32,000 nucleotides of DNA from contig JAWUXY010000119.1 in NCBI GenBank assembly GCA_034111105.1, positions 1 through 32,000 of the forward strand, written 5' to 3'. Position numbers and translations under genes: made by a program. The first letter of the stretch is position 1, and every line of letters starts with the position of its first letter. Below the pieces are notes generated by a model. It had not been told where the DNA came from. It did no database searches and saw only the letters and a program-made list of their open reading frames with translations. This document shows positions 19,623 through 29,540 of the stretch, piece by piece. Source of the DNA: Bermanella sp. GTDB lineage: Bacteria > Pseudomonadota > Gammaproteobacteria > Pseudomonadales > Oceanobacteraceae.

Positions 19623-21674
19623 TTAGAATTGTGTTTTAACAAATACTTTCATTCGATATTGTGAATAATCAAAGTCTTCATTAGGGCTATCGATATTGCC
19701 ATTCCAACCACTGCCTGCAACCAGTGCATCAATTGCGGCTGCATTGGTGACCTCTGTTACACTACCGTCTGCATTACCTTGGTAAAACTCAGGATCAAAA
19801 GTACCGTGTATAAACTCAACTTTTGCCCCCATTTCTACACCGGAGATAATATAGTCAGCTTGCAAGCCAAAGATATTTTTACTGTGTTGACCCGTTTGGT
19901 ATTCAACCCAACCACCGCCTTGCTCCCAACCGTCAAACACAGTGGGAACGTTGTCGATGGTGCCATCCATTAAGTCAACCTGATAAACATCGTAATAGGC
20001 TTTCACGTACAAGTCTTGATGTAACTGAGCGCCAATGGTCATACCAAAAGAAGTATAATCCGCTTCACGATCGTCATGTTTGTGGTGGCTAATAATGGTT
20101 GAGGCATTGCTATAAGCATCCGCCAACGAACTGTTCGACTTTACTCGCTTATCTTCATCGCCCACAAATTTCACAAAACCAGAAAGGTCTATGCCGCCCA
20201 ATACATCCAATTGATGCTCAGCACGCAAAGCCACAATCGTTGTTGACTTATCTTGGTAAGGCGATAACACAGAGCGATAATCACCACCTACACCCCAACC
20301 AGAAACACCATCAAGCCCAGGCATTGCACAATCCGCTTTCACATCACCGCCACAGGCCTGTTCATTATCATTATAATCAAGCAAGGTTAGCTCTAATGAT
20401 AAGTCCACATCTGCTATGGTATAGCGAGGAATAACCGTTAAACCTTTCCAACCGATAACACTGTAAGCTTGCGATTCATCGAAGTCAGTGAATTCGTTAT
20501 CCGCATTAACCGCAACAACTTGTTGTTGTGTTCCACGCCAACCGCCATAACCAACATTCGCCGTACCCGCTGCTTTGCTATTATAGTTCGGCCTCGACCA
20601 GCCCCATGCACCGTCATAGCCTTCTGTCAGCAATACATCGGCTTCACGACGAGATGCCATCATTGAGAAATAGTCTTTACCGATATCAAAGTACTGAGCC
20701 GAGATGGCTAACTCATCAACACCAAAGTCGCTTAGTTCAACATTTAATAGTAAGGCGGTATCGTTCACGCTTTTACTTGGTGTAGGTGTCCAACGCGGCT
20801 CTGTTACATTTTCATCAATATCAAATGTTGAGTTGTATACTGCAATGTTTGTACTTAAATAATCCAGTCCATCCCAAGCCAGTTTTAATCCTGTCACTGA
20901 ATTAGCAAAACGCGTTTCTAATCTTCGACCATTGGTTGCATCTGTATCATTGGTATCAAGCTCTTGGTCTTGAACATATTCATGAATCAAGGTTACATTT
21001 AAGTCATCTGATATATTGCTTTTTAACTGCAAACCATAAGCTGCATCTTGGGCTTGTAAGTCGCCAGTATTAAATTGAGGGCCTGCCCACAAACTAGGCA
21101 AAGAAATACGCGCAAAATCATAGCGCAACGCACTATTAAATAATGCACCTTGCGCTAAAATACCGGACCCATTGTCGCGGTCAATGTAACGCATTTTACC
21201 GATGGTCATGGCGTCGAACACACCCCAATCATTTGAACCAATCGTGACAGAATCAATCCACTCGTACCCAGGGGTTATACGAGTATAAATACCTCGCAGT
21301 TTCACGTATTGCGCTTCTTTGGGATTACTTTCACCAGTACACGTAACTTGACCACCGCCAGCAGGTGCTTGGCAATCACCGCCAAAGCCACCAAAGTTAG
21401 ACCAGTAATTTGAGTCAAAGCGAGATTTTAAGCGCCCACCAACCTCCACTTTTTCAGATACCTTTGCTTCAAACATCAATTCGAATTCAGTGCCCTGACC
21501 AATGTCACCGCTACCGAATTCTGAATTATTATATAAACCAGTTTGAGAATTTTGGTTACCATCTAAAAATTTGTTATAGACAGAACCATACCAACGTATA
21601 TCACCTGCCACTGCCATTTGGGAAGCAAGTCCCAACAGCACAGCGGACGCCAGTACCTTTTTTTTAAATTCCAT
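19623..21674 (-). CDS. Large outer-membrane beta-barrel protein (putative maltodextrin porin, not classical LamB)
   Basis: Start MEFKKKVLASAVLLGLASQMAVAGDIRWYGSVYNKF at 21674 with signal peptide. Alternating-residue strands, aromatic/acidic-rich loops, terminal Phe (MKVFVKTQF). Confidence 0.78.
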   Translation of the reverse strand: MEFKKKVLASAVLLGLASQMAVAGDIRWYGSVYNKFLDGNQNSQTGLYNNSEFGSGDIGQGTEFELMFEAKVSEKVEVGGRLKSRFDSNYWSNFGGFGGDCQAPAGGGQVTCTGESNPKEAQYVKLRGIYTRITPGYEWIDSVTIGSNDWGVFDAMTIGKMRYIDRDNGSGILAQGALFNSALRYDFARISLPSLWAGPQFNTGDLQAQDAAYGLQLKSNISDDLNVTLIHEYVQDQELDTNDTDATNGRRLETRFANSVTGLKLAWDGLDYLSTNIAVYNSTFDIDENVTEPRWTPTPSKSVNDTALLLNVELSDFGVDELAISAQYFDIGKDYFSMMASRREADVLLTEGYDGAWGWSRPNYNSKAAGTANVGYGGWRGTQQQVVAVNADNEFTDFDESQAYSVIGWKGLTVIPRYTIADVDLSLELTLLDYNDNEQACGGDVKADCAMPGLDGVSGWGVGGDYRSVLSPYQDKSTTIVALRAEHQLDVLGGIDLSGFVKFVGDEDKRVKSNSSLADAYSNASTIISHHKHDDREADYTSFGMTIGAQLHQDLYVKAYYDVYQVDLMDGTIDNVPTVFDGWEQGGGWVEYQTGQHSKNIFGLQADYIISGVEMGAKVEFIHGTFDPEFYQGNADGSVTEVTNAAAIDALVAGSGWNGNIDSPNEDFDYSQYRMKVFVKTQF

Positions 21675-21750
21675 AATAAAGACCTTTTGCAATTTAATTT
21701 TCTTATTTTTATGTCTAATTATTCTGCTTAAAGCTAGATTAAATACACAA

Positions 21751-21764
21751 TGCAATCGTTTACA
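21751..21764. promoter_or_regulatory. Candidate LacI-family operator TGCAATCGTTTACA
   Basis: Matches the TGTAATCGATTACA family in inverted/degenerate form, about 77-90 nt upstream of the outer-membrane protein start (21674). Confidence 0.62.
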
Positions 21765-21776
21765 TTTTTAAGCAAC

Positions 21777-21802
21777 AAAAGGCTGCAACATTGGCAGCTT
21801 TT
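21777..21802 (-). terminator. Probable intrinsic terminator after the DOMON-like gene
   Basis: Minus strand AAAAGCTGC-CAATGTT-GCAGCCTTTTGTT: GCTGC/GCAGC stem with A/T extension, 20 nt after the stop at 21822. Confidence 0.6.
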
Positions 21803-21821
21803 GTCCCCTATGAATTTAATA

Positions 21822-22634
21822 TTAATTCCTTAACATGCTTAATTCAGATAGTTTTACAACGTCACCATCTTCTGAGCATTCAAATTTCAACATTTCGATT
21901 TGCGCTGCGATTTCAGACTTATCGCCTTTACCACTACCCGCAAGTACATCTAAAACATGGGGATCGCAGTCTGTATCCGCTTGACCACCAAAGCGATGCT
22001 GACCTTCGTATTCATTAACCTTACGAGTTAATAGATCAGTTTTAGCCGGGAAACCTTCGTTTGATTGAACAACCACTTGATAGCCCCATTTCGCTGGATC
22101 CCCTTCACCTAGGTCTACAAGATTCACCTTACCCGTAATTTTATTGCCTTTGCCTTTAGTACGGCTAGGTACAACAATGTCGTTTAATATATCCGCGGCC
22201 TTCACTTGCGCTTCAGAGATAACACGTGATTGTTTTTGTGGTGACAGAATCACAACTTTGTCCCATTCGTGGCCTGGGGCAAATGTCACATTTGTGCCGG
22301 GCACACCTGCGGTATGTCCGCCTGCTTTCGTATCAATATAGACAAAAATCATCTGGATAGAAAAACCGCTCCCCATTCCCCATCCATCTTCCAATGTGGT
22401 ATTAAATTCAGTTGTGAATGTGGCTTTTTTTGAATCACTTTTTATTTTCAATTTTTTTAAATCAAAGGACCCGGGTTTATAAATGCCATCCGTTGGATAT
22501 ACCACATGGCCTGCACCAATGTCGTCTCCCTTAGGATCATTAAATTCAATGGAGCCAGCAGCAGCTGTTACACTTAAAGCAAGCGTACTCACAGCGGTTA
22601 AGGCTTTAAGCATTGTTTTTATTTTAATTTTCAT
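21822..22634 (-). CDS. Secreted glucodextranase-C/DOMON-like domain protein
   Basis: Signal peptide (MLKALTAVSTLALSVTAAAG). Followed by SIEFNDPKGDDIGAGHVVYPTDGIYKPGSFDLKKLKIKS...MIFVYIDTKAGGHTAGVPGTNVTFAPGHEWDKVVILSP. Confidence 0.78.
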   Translation of the reverse strand: MKIKIKTMLKALTAVSTLALSVTAAAGSIEFNDPKGDDIGAGHVVYPTDGIYKPGSFDLKKLKIKSDSKKATFTTEFNTTLEDGWGMGSGFSIQMIFVYIDTKAGGHTAGVPGTNVTFAPGHEWDKVVILSPQKQSRVISEAQVKAADILNDIVVPSRTKGKGNKITGKVNLVDLGEGDPAKWGYQVVVQSNEGFPAKTDLLTRKVNEYEGQHRFGGQADTDCDPHVLDVLAGSGKGDKSEIAAQIEMLKFECSEDGDVVKLSELSMLRN

Positions 22635-22700
22635 ATTGCAATTCCCATCGTGCGTTTATAGTTACATGTTATTCAAATGGTGTAATAAGATAAATTGGAT

Positions 22701-23591
22701 TTACCCTTTTACCCCTCCTGAAGTCAGTCCTGATATTAAGTATTTTTGTAAGTACAAAAATAGAAAAACAACGGGGGCCGATACGATAACAGAGCCCGCA
22801 GCAAAATAACCCCACATGGAAGAATGCTCCCCGACAAAAAATTTCAACCCTACTGGCGCAGTGTACAGTTGCTCTTCACTCATGAAAATTGAGGCTAAAA
22901 TAAATTCATTCCAACCAGCCATAAATGAAAACAATGCAGTTACTGCAATAGCAGGCTTGGCTAAAGGCACAATAATCTTCCAAAAGATAACAGCTTGTGA
23001 TGCACCATCCATAATAGCGGACTCTTCAATTTCTTTTGGGATCGTATCGAAATAGCCTTTTAGCATCCAAACACAAAAAGGAATAGCCGTAACAGAGTAA
23101 ACCAATACCAAACCAATATAAGAGTTCTCTAAATTCAACCACCCTACAATAATCACATACAATGGAATCAGCATTAGTGTGCCTGGAAACATTTGTGATA
23201 CCAAAAATGTCATCATCCCAACACCACGACCAGGAAAGCGAAAGCGCGAAAACGCGTAAGCAGATGTACTGGCCAAAAACACACCAAACACCGTTGTTGC
23301 ACCCGCGACAACAGCACTATTAAACAACCAACGACCAAATTGCTGTTCGGTTAGTACATCTATAAAATTTTGAATAGAGAAGTTTTCAGGCCATGGGATA
23401 ATAGCGCGAATTCGATCCCAGCTACTCGGATCAGCCGGCAGTTCTGTAATAGATAAAGACTGACTACCAGAAAATGCCAAAGAGAGCACCCAAAAAATAG
23501 GATACAACGACAATATAGTCATGCTAATAACAAACACGTATCTCATGATGAGCAGTATGTTTTCTGTTTCAAATAATTTATTCATAATCAC
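22701..23591 (-). CDS. malG: Maltose/maltodextrin ABC transporter permease MalG
   Basis: 296 aa. EAA loop EIEESAIMDGASQAVIFWKIIVPLAKPAIAVTALFSFMAGWNEF and C-terminus YLISGLTSGGVKG. Confidence 0.95.
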   Translation of the reverse strand: MIMNKLFETENILLIMRYVFVISMTILSLYPIFWVLSLAFSGSQSLSITELPADPSSWDRIRAIIPWPENFSIQNFIDVLTEQQFGRWLFNSAVVAGATTVFGVFLASTSAYAFSRFRFPGRGVGMMTFLVSQMFPGTLMLIPLYVIIVGWLNLENSYIGLVLVYSVTAIPFCVWMLKGYFDTIPKEIEESAIMDGASQAVIFWKIIVPLAKPAIAVTALFSFMAGWNEFILASIFMSEEQLYTAPVGLKFFVGEHSSMWGYFAAGSVIVSAPVVFLFLYLQKYLISGLTSGGVKG

Positions 23592-23597
23592 TCTCCG

Positions 23598-25520
23598 TTA
23601 CGAATTCGCATCCGTCACTTTGCTCACCTTATTTTGAAACACACCGTAAACCAGTAAGATCATGAAAATCACCACTGAATAAGCCGCTGCGTAAGCATAT
23701 TGCATTTTTTCAAAACCAATTTTATAAGCCTGTGTAATCAATATTTCATTTGCACCGGCAGGCTCACCTGCTGAAACCAAATAAATCACGTTAAACATAT
23801 TGAATGTCCATACTACCGACAGGATGACGGCGGGAATAAGTGTCGGCTTTAACGACGGCAAGGTAATGTACTTAAATTGTTGCCAACGATTAGCACCATC
23901 AATTTTAGCCGCTTCATACATATCAGTAGAGATTGACTGCAATCCGCCCAAAATAACCACCATCATAAAAGGAAAACCTAACCACACATTGGTGGTTAAA
24001 CCGGTTAAAAATGATGTGAAAACACTGCCAAACCAATCAATAGGTTCAAATCCAAAAATTTGAATTACCTGATTAATCACACCAAATTGTTGATGAAACA
24101 TGCCCTTCCAAACAAGCGCGGTAATATAATTAGGAATGGCCCAAGGTAAAATAAGCGCAACCCTGAAAAACCAACGGAACTTTATGCGCGAATCATTCAA
24201 TGCCAAAGCTAATAACAAGCCCAAACCCACTGCAAACACCACGTTTGATACGGTCCAACAAATGGTTATGAATAGCGTCCAATAAAAGTTTTCATAGTTA
24301 ATAATTGTTTGACCATCTAATTCTTTAAATAAATTAAAATCGCCTAAAATAGCCAAATAATTATCAAAACCCACAAAGCGCTCAGAGAACGAAAGGCTTT
24401 CGTTAAACATCGTGGTATCTGTAAAAGACAGTATAAAACCATAGCTAAACGGAAAAAATACCAATACCAACATACCCAACATGGCTGGCAATACGTACAT
24501 ATACGCCTGACGATTCTCTCTAAATGCATCACGGGTTTTGGCTGCTGAACCGGATACAAAAAAGATTAATAATAATGAAGAAAGTAAAATATAAACAAAG
24601 AGCTTAGCCATGAGCGCCTGCGTGTTCGATGCCATCCATTGTAAATAAAACGGCTGCGAGACCTCATCTAATCGCTGCATATCAAGACCGTAGCGATTAA
24701 TCCATAACATATCCGTATTAGCCAATACCAGCTCAATACTCTTTAATAATTCGGTAATATTATTGATAGCGTCAGATTGTTCAATTTGAAAATTGTGAAC
24801 TAACCTAACGCACAAAAGCACAGCCACACATAAGAATAGAAACAGGTAAACACTCGTATTTAGTGTGTTTTTACTAACAGATATGTATTTAAAATTCACA
24901 TTACTCAATGTCTTTTTATTAAAAAAAACTAAGCAGGCTAATGCGAGAACCAGCAATATAAACCAATCAATTACATAGTAAGGTGACACCGCTTTAGGTT
25001 CTGTTAGAACATCAACCTGCAACACTCCCTTAAATCGATCATTAACCAAATATGGATAAACCACCCTCAAAATACTGTTTGATGCTGTATCAAGCCATTG
25101 ATAGCTAACAAGTGGATTTAAAAATTGACCGCCTTTAGTTTTTCCATATGCCGATTTTATTTTTTTAGCTTCATCAAAAAATGACTTTTGATCTTTAGGT
25201 AATGAAAACGGAAAACTCTGGTGTTTATCTTCATCTTGCGTTGAGGCTATCACCTTAGCGCCGCGTAATTTCAATACCTTAATATCTGCAATACGCTCGT
25301 TTGATGCTTTCAAATTTAATGCGGCATCCTGCAGTGAAAGTGAATCACTGCCCGCCATTTTATGTGCCGTAAAACCAGATAAGATTACGGCTTTATCCAC
25401 TTCACTTTGTTGATATAAACGAGAGACGCTGTCGTTCAAACCATGCAAGAAAGCAAAGTAAGCGAGTGTGAATATCACAATAAAACTAAAAATACGGTTA
25501 TTAACCACTTGAGCCTTCAT
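23598..25520 (-). CDS. malF: Maltose/maltodextrin ABC transporter permease MalF with ~335-aa N-terminal extension
   Basis: EAA loop DMYEAAKIDGANRWQQFKYITLPSLKPTLIP. The canonical permease core begins near residue 335 (ENRQAYMYVLPAMLGML). Confidence 0.93.
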   Translation of the reverse strand: MKAQVVNNRIFSFIVIFTLAYFAFLHGLNDSVSRLYQQSEVDKAVILSGFTAHKMAGSDSLSLQDAALNLKASNERIADIKVLKLRGAKVIASTQDEDKHQSFPFSLPKDQKSFFDEAKKIKSAYGKTKGGQFLNPLVSYQWLDTASNSILRVVYPYLVNDRFKGVLQVDVLTEPKAVSPYYVIDWFILLVLALACLVFFNKKTLSNVNFKYISVSKNTLNTSVYLFLFLCVAVLLCVRLVHNFQIEQSDAINNITELLKSIELVLANTDMLWINRYGLDMQRLDEVSQPFYLQWMASNTQALMAKLFVYILLSSLLLIFFVSGSAAKTRDAFRENRQAYMYVLPAMLGMLVLVFFPFSYGFILSFTDTTMFNESLSFSERFVGFDNYLAILGDFNLFKELDGQTIINYENFYWTLFITICWTVSNVVFAVGLGLLLALALNDSRIKFRWFFRVALILPWAIPNYITALVWKGMFHQQFGVINQVIQIFGFEPIDWFGSVFTSFLTGLTTNVWLGFPFMMVVILGGLQSISTDMYEAAKIDGANRWQQFKYITLPSLKPTLIPAVILSVVWTFNMFNVIYLVSAGEPAGANEILITQAYKIGFEKMQYAYAAAYSVVIFMILLVYGVFQNKVSKVTDANS

Positions 25521-25534
25521 ATTTATAACATCCC

Positions 25535-26776
25535 CTAGTGGCTTTTAGACAAGGCCATAATATCTTTACTGATACTATTCTGTGCCTCTAGCAATGCCGC
25601 CTTAGGAGACGCTGTACCTTTAACTATTTTATTCATTGCCGTCGTAGCTGGTGACCACATCAAGGTCATTTGGGCATAATTAGGCATGGGCACAGCTGTT
25701 TTCATTTGTTCTTTAAAGGCCATTGCAACTGTATTTTTTTGCATTACTTCATGTTCCCACACCTTAATATTAGAAGGTAGCTGCTGACCTTTCTCGCCCA
25801 TAACCAGTGCGGTTTCATACGATGTTAAGTATTTAATAAAATCATAGGACTGCTCTTTGTCTTTTGAGCTTTTAGAAATGTATAGACCTTCAACAGACAT
25901 CCAAGGTGCCATGGCTTTGCCCAATTGATTGATGATCGGCATGGGCGCAATGGCATAATCAATATCAGGTGAAATCTCACCCAACATCCATGGGCCTGAA
26001 AATACGATGGCGGCTTTACCATCATTAAACAACGATGTAATTAAAGACGATGATGGCTCAGCTGGTAAGATTTCATGCTGCTCAAACCACTTAAGCATAA
26101 ACTCAACCGATGCAATGTTTTCTTTGGAAACCATCGTAGAAACAAGGCCACCTTCTTGAAACACCTTGCCGCCAAATGCATTCAATATGGCCGAATGAAA
26201 AAAGAAATTTGAATACTCATAAGCCAAACCAAATCGGCCTATTTTTTTATCTGTAATTTTTTCCGCAAGCGCCGTTAATTCATCTGTTGTTTTAGGGGCA
26301 TTCTTAACTAATTTTTTATTGTAGATCATAGCTGGCATTTTAAAATTAAACGGTAACCCATAAAGCGTATCGTTATACGTCATGGTACTGATCAATGAAT
26401 CAGGGAAGCGTTCAAGTTCTTCATCTTCCGCATAAAAATCTATCGATTCTAGTGTATTGCCAGCTTCAATCCATCCCCCTAAACGATCTTGGGCAAAAAT
26501 AAAGACATCCGGCCCTTTCCCACGAGGAATGGCTGCGCTGATTTTATCTGCATATGCATCATAAGGAACGGCTAGAGGCTTAAAGTATATTTTTTTATCT
26601 TCGATTTTTTTATTGTAACGCTTCACCACATTTTCAAACGCACTTTTTTCTTCACCACGATACGCGTGCCATACCAGCATACGCTTCATTTCTGACTGAG
26701 CGTGCACAAGGTTTATTGGCAATAAGCTAACCAACGTTAATAAGCCTGTTACGAGAATTCCAAACTGTTTTTTCAT
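25535..26776 (-). CDS. malE: Maltose/maltodextrin ABC transporter substrate-binding protein
   Basis: 413 aa. Signal peptide followed by MLVWHAYRGEEKSAFENVVKRYNKK, GKGPDVFIFAQDRLGGWIEAG, YGLPFNFKMPAMIYNKKLV, AAIVFSGPWMLGEI. Confidence 0.93.
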   Translation of the reverse strand: MKKQFGILVTGLLTLVSLLPINLVHAQSEMKRMLVWHAYRGEEKSAFENVVKRYNKKIEDKKIYFKPLAVPYDAYADKISAAIPRGKGPDVFIFAQDRLGGWIEAGNTLESIDFYAEDEELERFPDSLISTMTYNDTLYGLPFNFKMPAMIYNKKLVKNAPKTTDELTALAEKITDKKIGRFGLAYEYSNFFFHSAILNAFGGKVFQEGGLVSTMVSKENIASVEFMLKWFEQHEILPAEPSSSLITSLFNDGKAAIVFSGPWMLGEISPDIDYAIAPMPIINQLGKAMAPWMSVEGLYISKSSKDKEQSYDFIKYLTSYETALVMGEKGQQLPSNIKVWEHEVMQKNTVAMAFKEQMKTAVPMPNYAQMTLMWSPATTAMNKIVKGTASPKAALLEAQNSISKDIMALSKSH

Positions 26777-26792
26777 TTTAATAATCGCCTCT

Positions 26793-26806
26793 ATTATTTT
26801 TATTTT
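26793..26806 (-). promoter_or_regulatory. A-rich leader element AAAATAAAAATAAT upstream of malE
   Basis: Exact 14-mer (plus strand ATTATTTTTATTTT), 17-30 nt upstream of the malE ATG (26776). Confidence 0.5.
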
Positions 26807-26830
26807 TTGTCAATGACCAATTATGTATTG

Positions 26831-27922
26831 TTAGTTAATGATGCGCTCTTCAGTCTGCGCATCAAAAAGATGAATGGCGTTTATATCTAGTTCTAATTTA
26901 ATGTTATCGCCCATTTTTGGAATATCATGGGCAGGAAGTTTGGCAACAAGTTTTTCTTTCCCCTCATTCATTAAGACATGAATCAATACTTCATGACCCA
27001 GTGTCTCTACGATTTCTATGACACCTTTGCAGTAAATACCACTACTATCACCATGATTTGCACCCGTAATATGCTCAGGTCGGATACCCAGTATTAATTT
27101 CTTGTCTTCAAAACCTCGTAAAGAATCCTGCCAAACAGCCGGAATATCCATTGAGAAAACACCATTTTTAATCTGATTGCCTTCCACCCTAACATTTAAT
27201 AAATTCATAGGCGGTGTGCCTAAAAAACCAGCAACAAAGACATTTTTTGGTTTTTCATACAGGTCTAATGGCGCTCCTACCTGCATAATTTCACCTTTAT
27301 TCATCACTGCGATTCGATCACCCAAGGTCATTGCTTCTACTTGGTCATGGGTAACGTATACCGCGGTGGTATTTAAGCGCTTTTGTAAATGAGCAATCTC
27401 TGCTCTCATTTGCACACGTAGCTCAGCATCTAAATTTGATAGTGGTTCATCAAATAAAAACACCGATGGTTTTCTAACCAATGCTCGACCTAATGCCACT
27501 CGTTGGCGCTGGCCACCTGACAACGCTTTGGGTTTGCGATCTAAGAGATCGGTTAAACCTAGCACCTCTGCCGCTTCACTCACTAATTCATCAATTTTGG
27601 CGGCGTCTAATTTTCGGATTCTCAAACCAAATGAAATGTTTTCACGTACGGTCATATGTGGATATAACGCATAGCTTTGGAACACCATAGCCACATCACG
27701 ATCTTTAGGTTCGACCTTATTAACCACCTTATCTTTAATTCGAAGCTCGCCATGGGTTATTTCTTCTAGACCTGCAATCATGCGTAGCGTTGTTGATTTT
27801 CCGCAGCCAGAAGGCCCCACGAGAACCATTAACTCATGCGCTTTGATCTCGAAGTTTAGTTCTTTTATAATCGATGTATCGCCATACTTCTTTGCTATAT
27901 TTTCAAAAATAATATTGGCCAT
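26831..27922 (-). CDS. malK: Maltose/maltodextrin ABC transporter ATP-binding protein MalK
   Basis: Walker A VGPSGCGKSTT, signature LSGGQRQRVALGRALVRKPSVFLFDEPLSNLD, C-terminal regulatory domain. The ORF-track start (27952) is a TTG; the ATG at 27922 (MANIIFENIAKKYG) is the likely start. Confidence 0.96.
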   Translation of the reverse strand: MANIIFENIAKKYGDTSIIKELNFEIKAHELMVLVGPSGCGKSTTLRMIAGLEEITHGELRIKDKVVNKVEPKDRDVAMVFQSYALYPHMTVRENISFGLRIRKLDAAKIDELVSEAAEVLGLTDLLDRKPKALSGGQRQRVALGRALVRKPSVFLFDEPLSNLDAELRVQMRAEIAHLQKRLNTTAVYVTHDQVEAMTLGDRIAVMNKGEIMQVGAPLDLYEKPKNVFVAGFLGTPPMNLLNVRVEGNQIKNGVFSMDIPAVWQDSLRGFEDKKLILGIRPEHITGANHGDSSGIYCKGVIEIVETLGHEVLIHVLMNEGKEKLVAKLPAHDIPKMGDNIKLELDINAIHLFDAQTEERIIN

Positions 27923-27929
27923 TGGGTTC

Positions 27930-29525
27930 TCAACTATTTTTAGGCTTTGCAATATAAAATTGCACAGACATATTTTTTATTTTTAGATCAGATTCAAAAT
28001 CAGCGTTTTGACCTGCGTTAAGTGTGTCTAGATTAAACTTATACCATGATTTATTTTTCACAGAATCTGGAAGATCAAGCGACAATACGGCCTCTTTTTC
28101 GCTTCGATTAACAACCACAATAATGTGATCATCTTTTTCTTTATGATTACGCATGAATGCCATCTGATCACCTTTGGCGTACAGTAGCGTATACGTACCT
28201 TCGTGCATCGCAGGGTGCTGGCGTCTTAATTTTATAAGGGCTTGGTAATATGATCTAAGAGCTTCGTCACGGGTTATGCCAGAACCCGGCTTAACATCGT
28301 GCTCTCCCCAAGGCATATCCATTCGATTATGAGGCCATGCTTTGCCTTCACGCCCCACTTCTTCGCCATAATAAATCACGGGCATTCCTAAACTGCTCAT
28401 TTGCATGGCAACGCAAATTTTAAATTTATCTTTATCACTACCAAGATCTGCCAGAGCCATATTGACATCATGTGTCGATAAATAGTGAGCCATAAAATAA
28501 CCATCACGAACGTCATGACGATTCTGTAAATACTTAGAAAATGCAATCGCACGACCGCGGCCGTTAACAAAGGCTTGGCATGAACCTGTGAACGAAAAAT
28601 CAAACCCTGAGTCCGTTTCATCTTCTTTGAACCATTCATCCATTTGCGTGTGTGTTGCACCCCAAACTTCAGACAACAAGAAAAAATCATCACCCAACTC
28701 TTTACGAGTACGTGCACGATGTTCTTTCCAAAATGGGTGATCAATATGTTTAAACGTATCTAAGCGAAAACCATCTATGCCAGATCGTTTCGCCAGCGCG
28801 ATGGAATGTTCAATCAAATAGTCTTGTACAGGCGGAAGCTCGGTTTTCAGATCTGGCAGACCACCTACTTGACAGATGATGACATCAACGTCACATGACG
28901 TGTTTCGAGTGCGGAGCCATTTTTTGCGTTCACTGTCGCCATAGAAATGCTGCGCAGAATAACCAGCATGGTTATAGACCACATCTAATAGCACTTTCAT
29001 ATTACGTTGATGTGCGGCATTAACCAGTGCTTTTAAATCGGCCTCTGTACCAAATTGCGGTTCTATTTGATAGAAGTCGTCAATCCAATAGCCATGAAAA
29101 CCCCAGTGTTGAAAACCATCTTTGGTCTTACCACTTGGGTCAGCGGCATACAAACCAAAATCAATTTGTTTATTAATCGGTGTTAACCAAATGACATTAG
29201 CACCTAAGCTGGCAATCTCATCTATTTGTGCGGTGAGTCCTTTTAAATCACCGCCATGATAACCACCAGGATTTGAACGCTCTACCCTTGCATTATTAGT
29301 TGCATCACCATCAGCAAAGCGATCTAGCATCACAAAATAAATAATCGCATCATTCCAACTTTCCATTGGCTTAAGCACAATTGGGGAACTAACGTTTTCA
29401 GCTGGCTCAAAATTGACACAACCACTGACCAATGCAGTAATCACTATCGTTATTAATACCGAACAAATCATTGAATTCAGTTTAAAATTAAAATTCTGGC
29501 CAAGGTGTCCTTTACTTCTGCACAT
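27930..29525 (-). CDS. Lipoprotein GH13 alpha-amylase
   Basis: Lipobox-like ITALVSGC. GH13 motifs: DAIIYFVMLDRFADGD, VLLDVVYNHAGY, IDGFRLDTFKHID, LLSEVWGATH, HYLSTHDV, MPVIYYGEEVG. Confidence 0.93.
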   Translation of the reverse strand: MCRSKGHLGQNFNFKLNSMICSVLITIVITALVSGCVNFEPAENVSSPIVLKPMESWNDAIIYFVMLDRFADGDATNNARVERSNPGGYHGGDLKGLTAQIDEIASLGANVIWLTPINKQIDFGLYAADPSGKTKDGFQHWGFHGYWIDDFYQIEPQFGTEADLKALVNAAHQRNMKVLLDVVYNHAGYSAQHFYGDSERKKWLRTRNTSCDVDVIICQVGGLPDLKTELPPVQDYLIEHSIALAKRSGIDGFRLDTFKHIDHPFWKEHRARTRKELGDDFFLLSEVWGATHTQMDEWFKEDETDSGFDFSFTGSCQAFVNGRGRAIAFSKYLQNRHDVRDGYFMAHYLSTHDVNMALADLGSDKDKFKICVAMQMSSLGMPVIYYGEEVGREGKAWPHNRMDMPWGEHDVKPGSGITRDEALRSYYQALIKLRRQHPAMHEGTYTLLYAKGDQMAFMRNHKEKDDHIIVVVNRSEKEAVLSLDLPDSVKNKSWYKFNLDTLNAGQNADFESDLKIKNMSVQFYIAKPKNS

Positions 29526-29540
29526 ATGATTGTGTCCATT

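Noticed and set aside
27923-27952. TTG start for MalK (MQSLKIVENP...)
   Set aside because: It overlaps the amylase end, and the conserved MalK N-terminus begins at the ATG at 27922.
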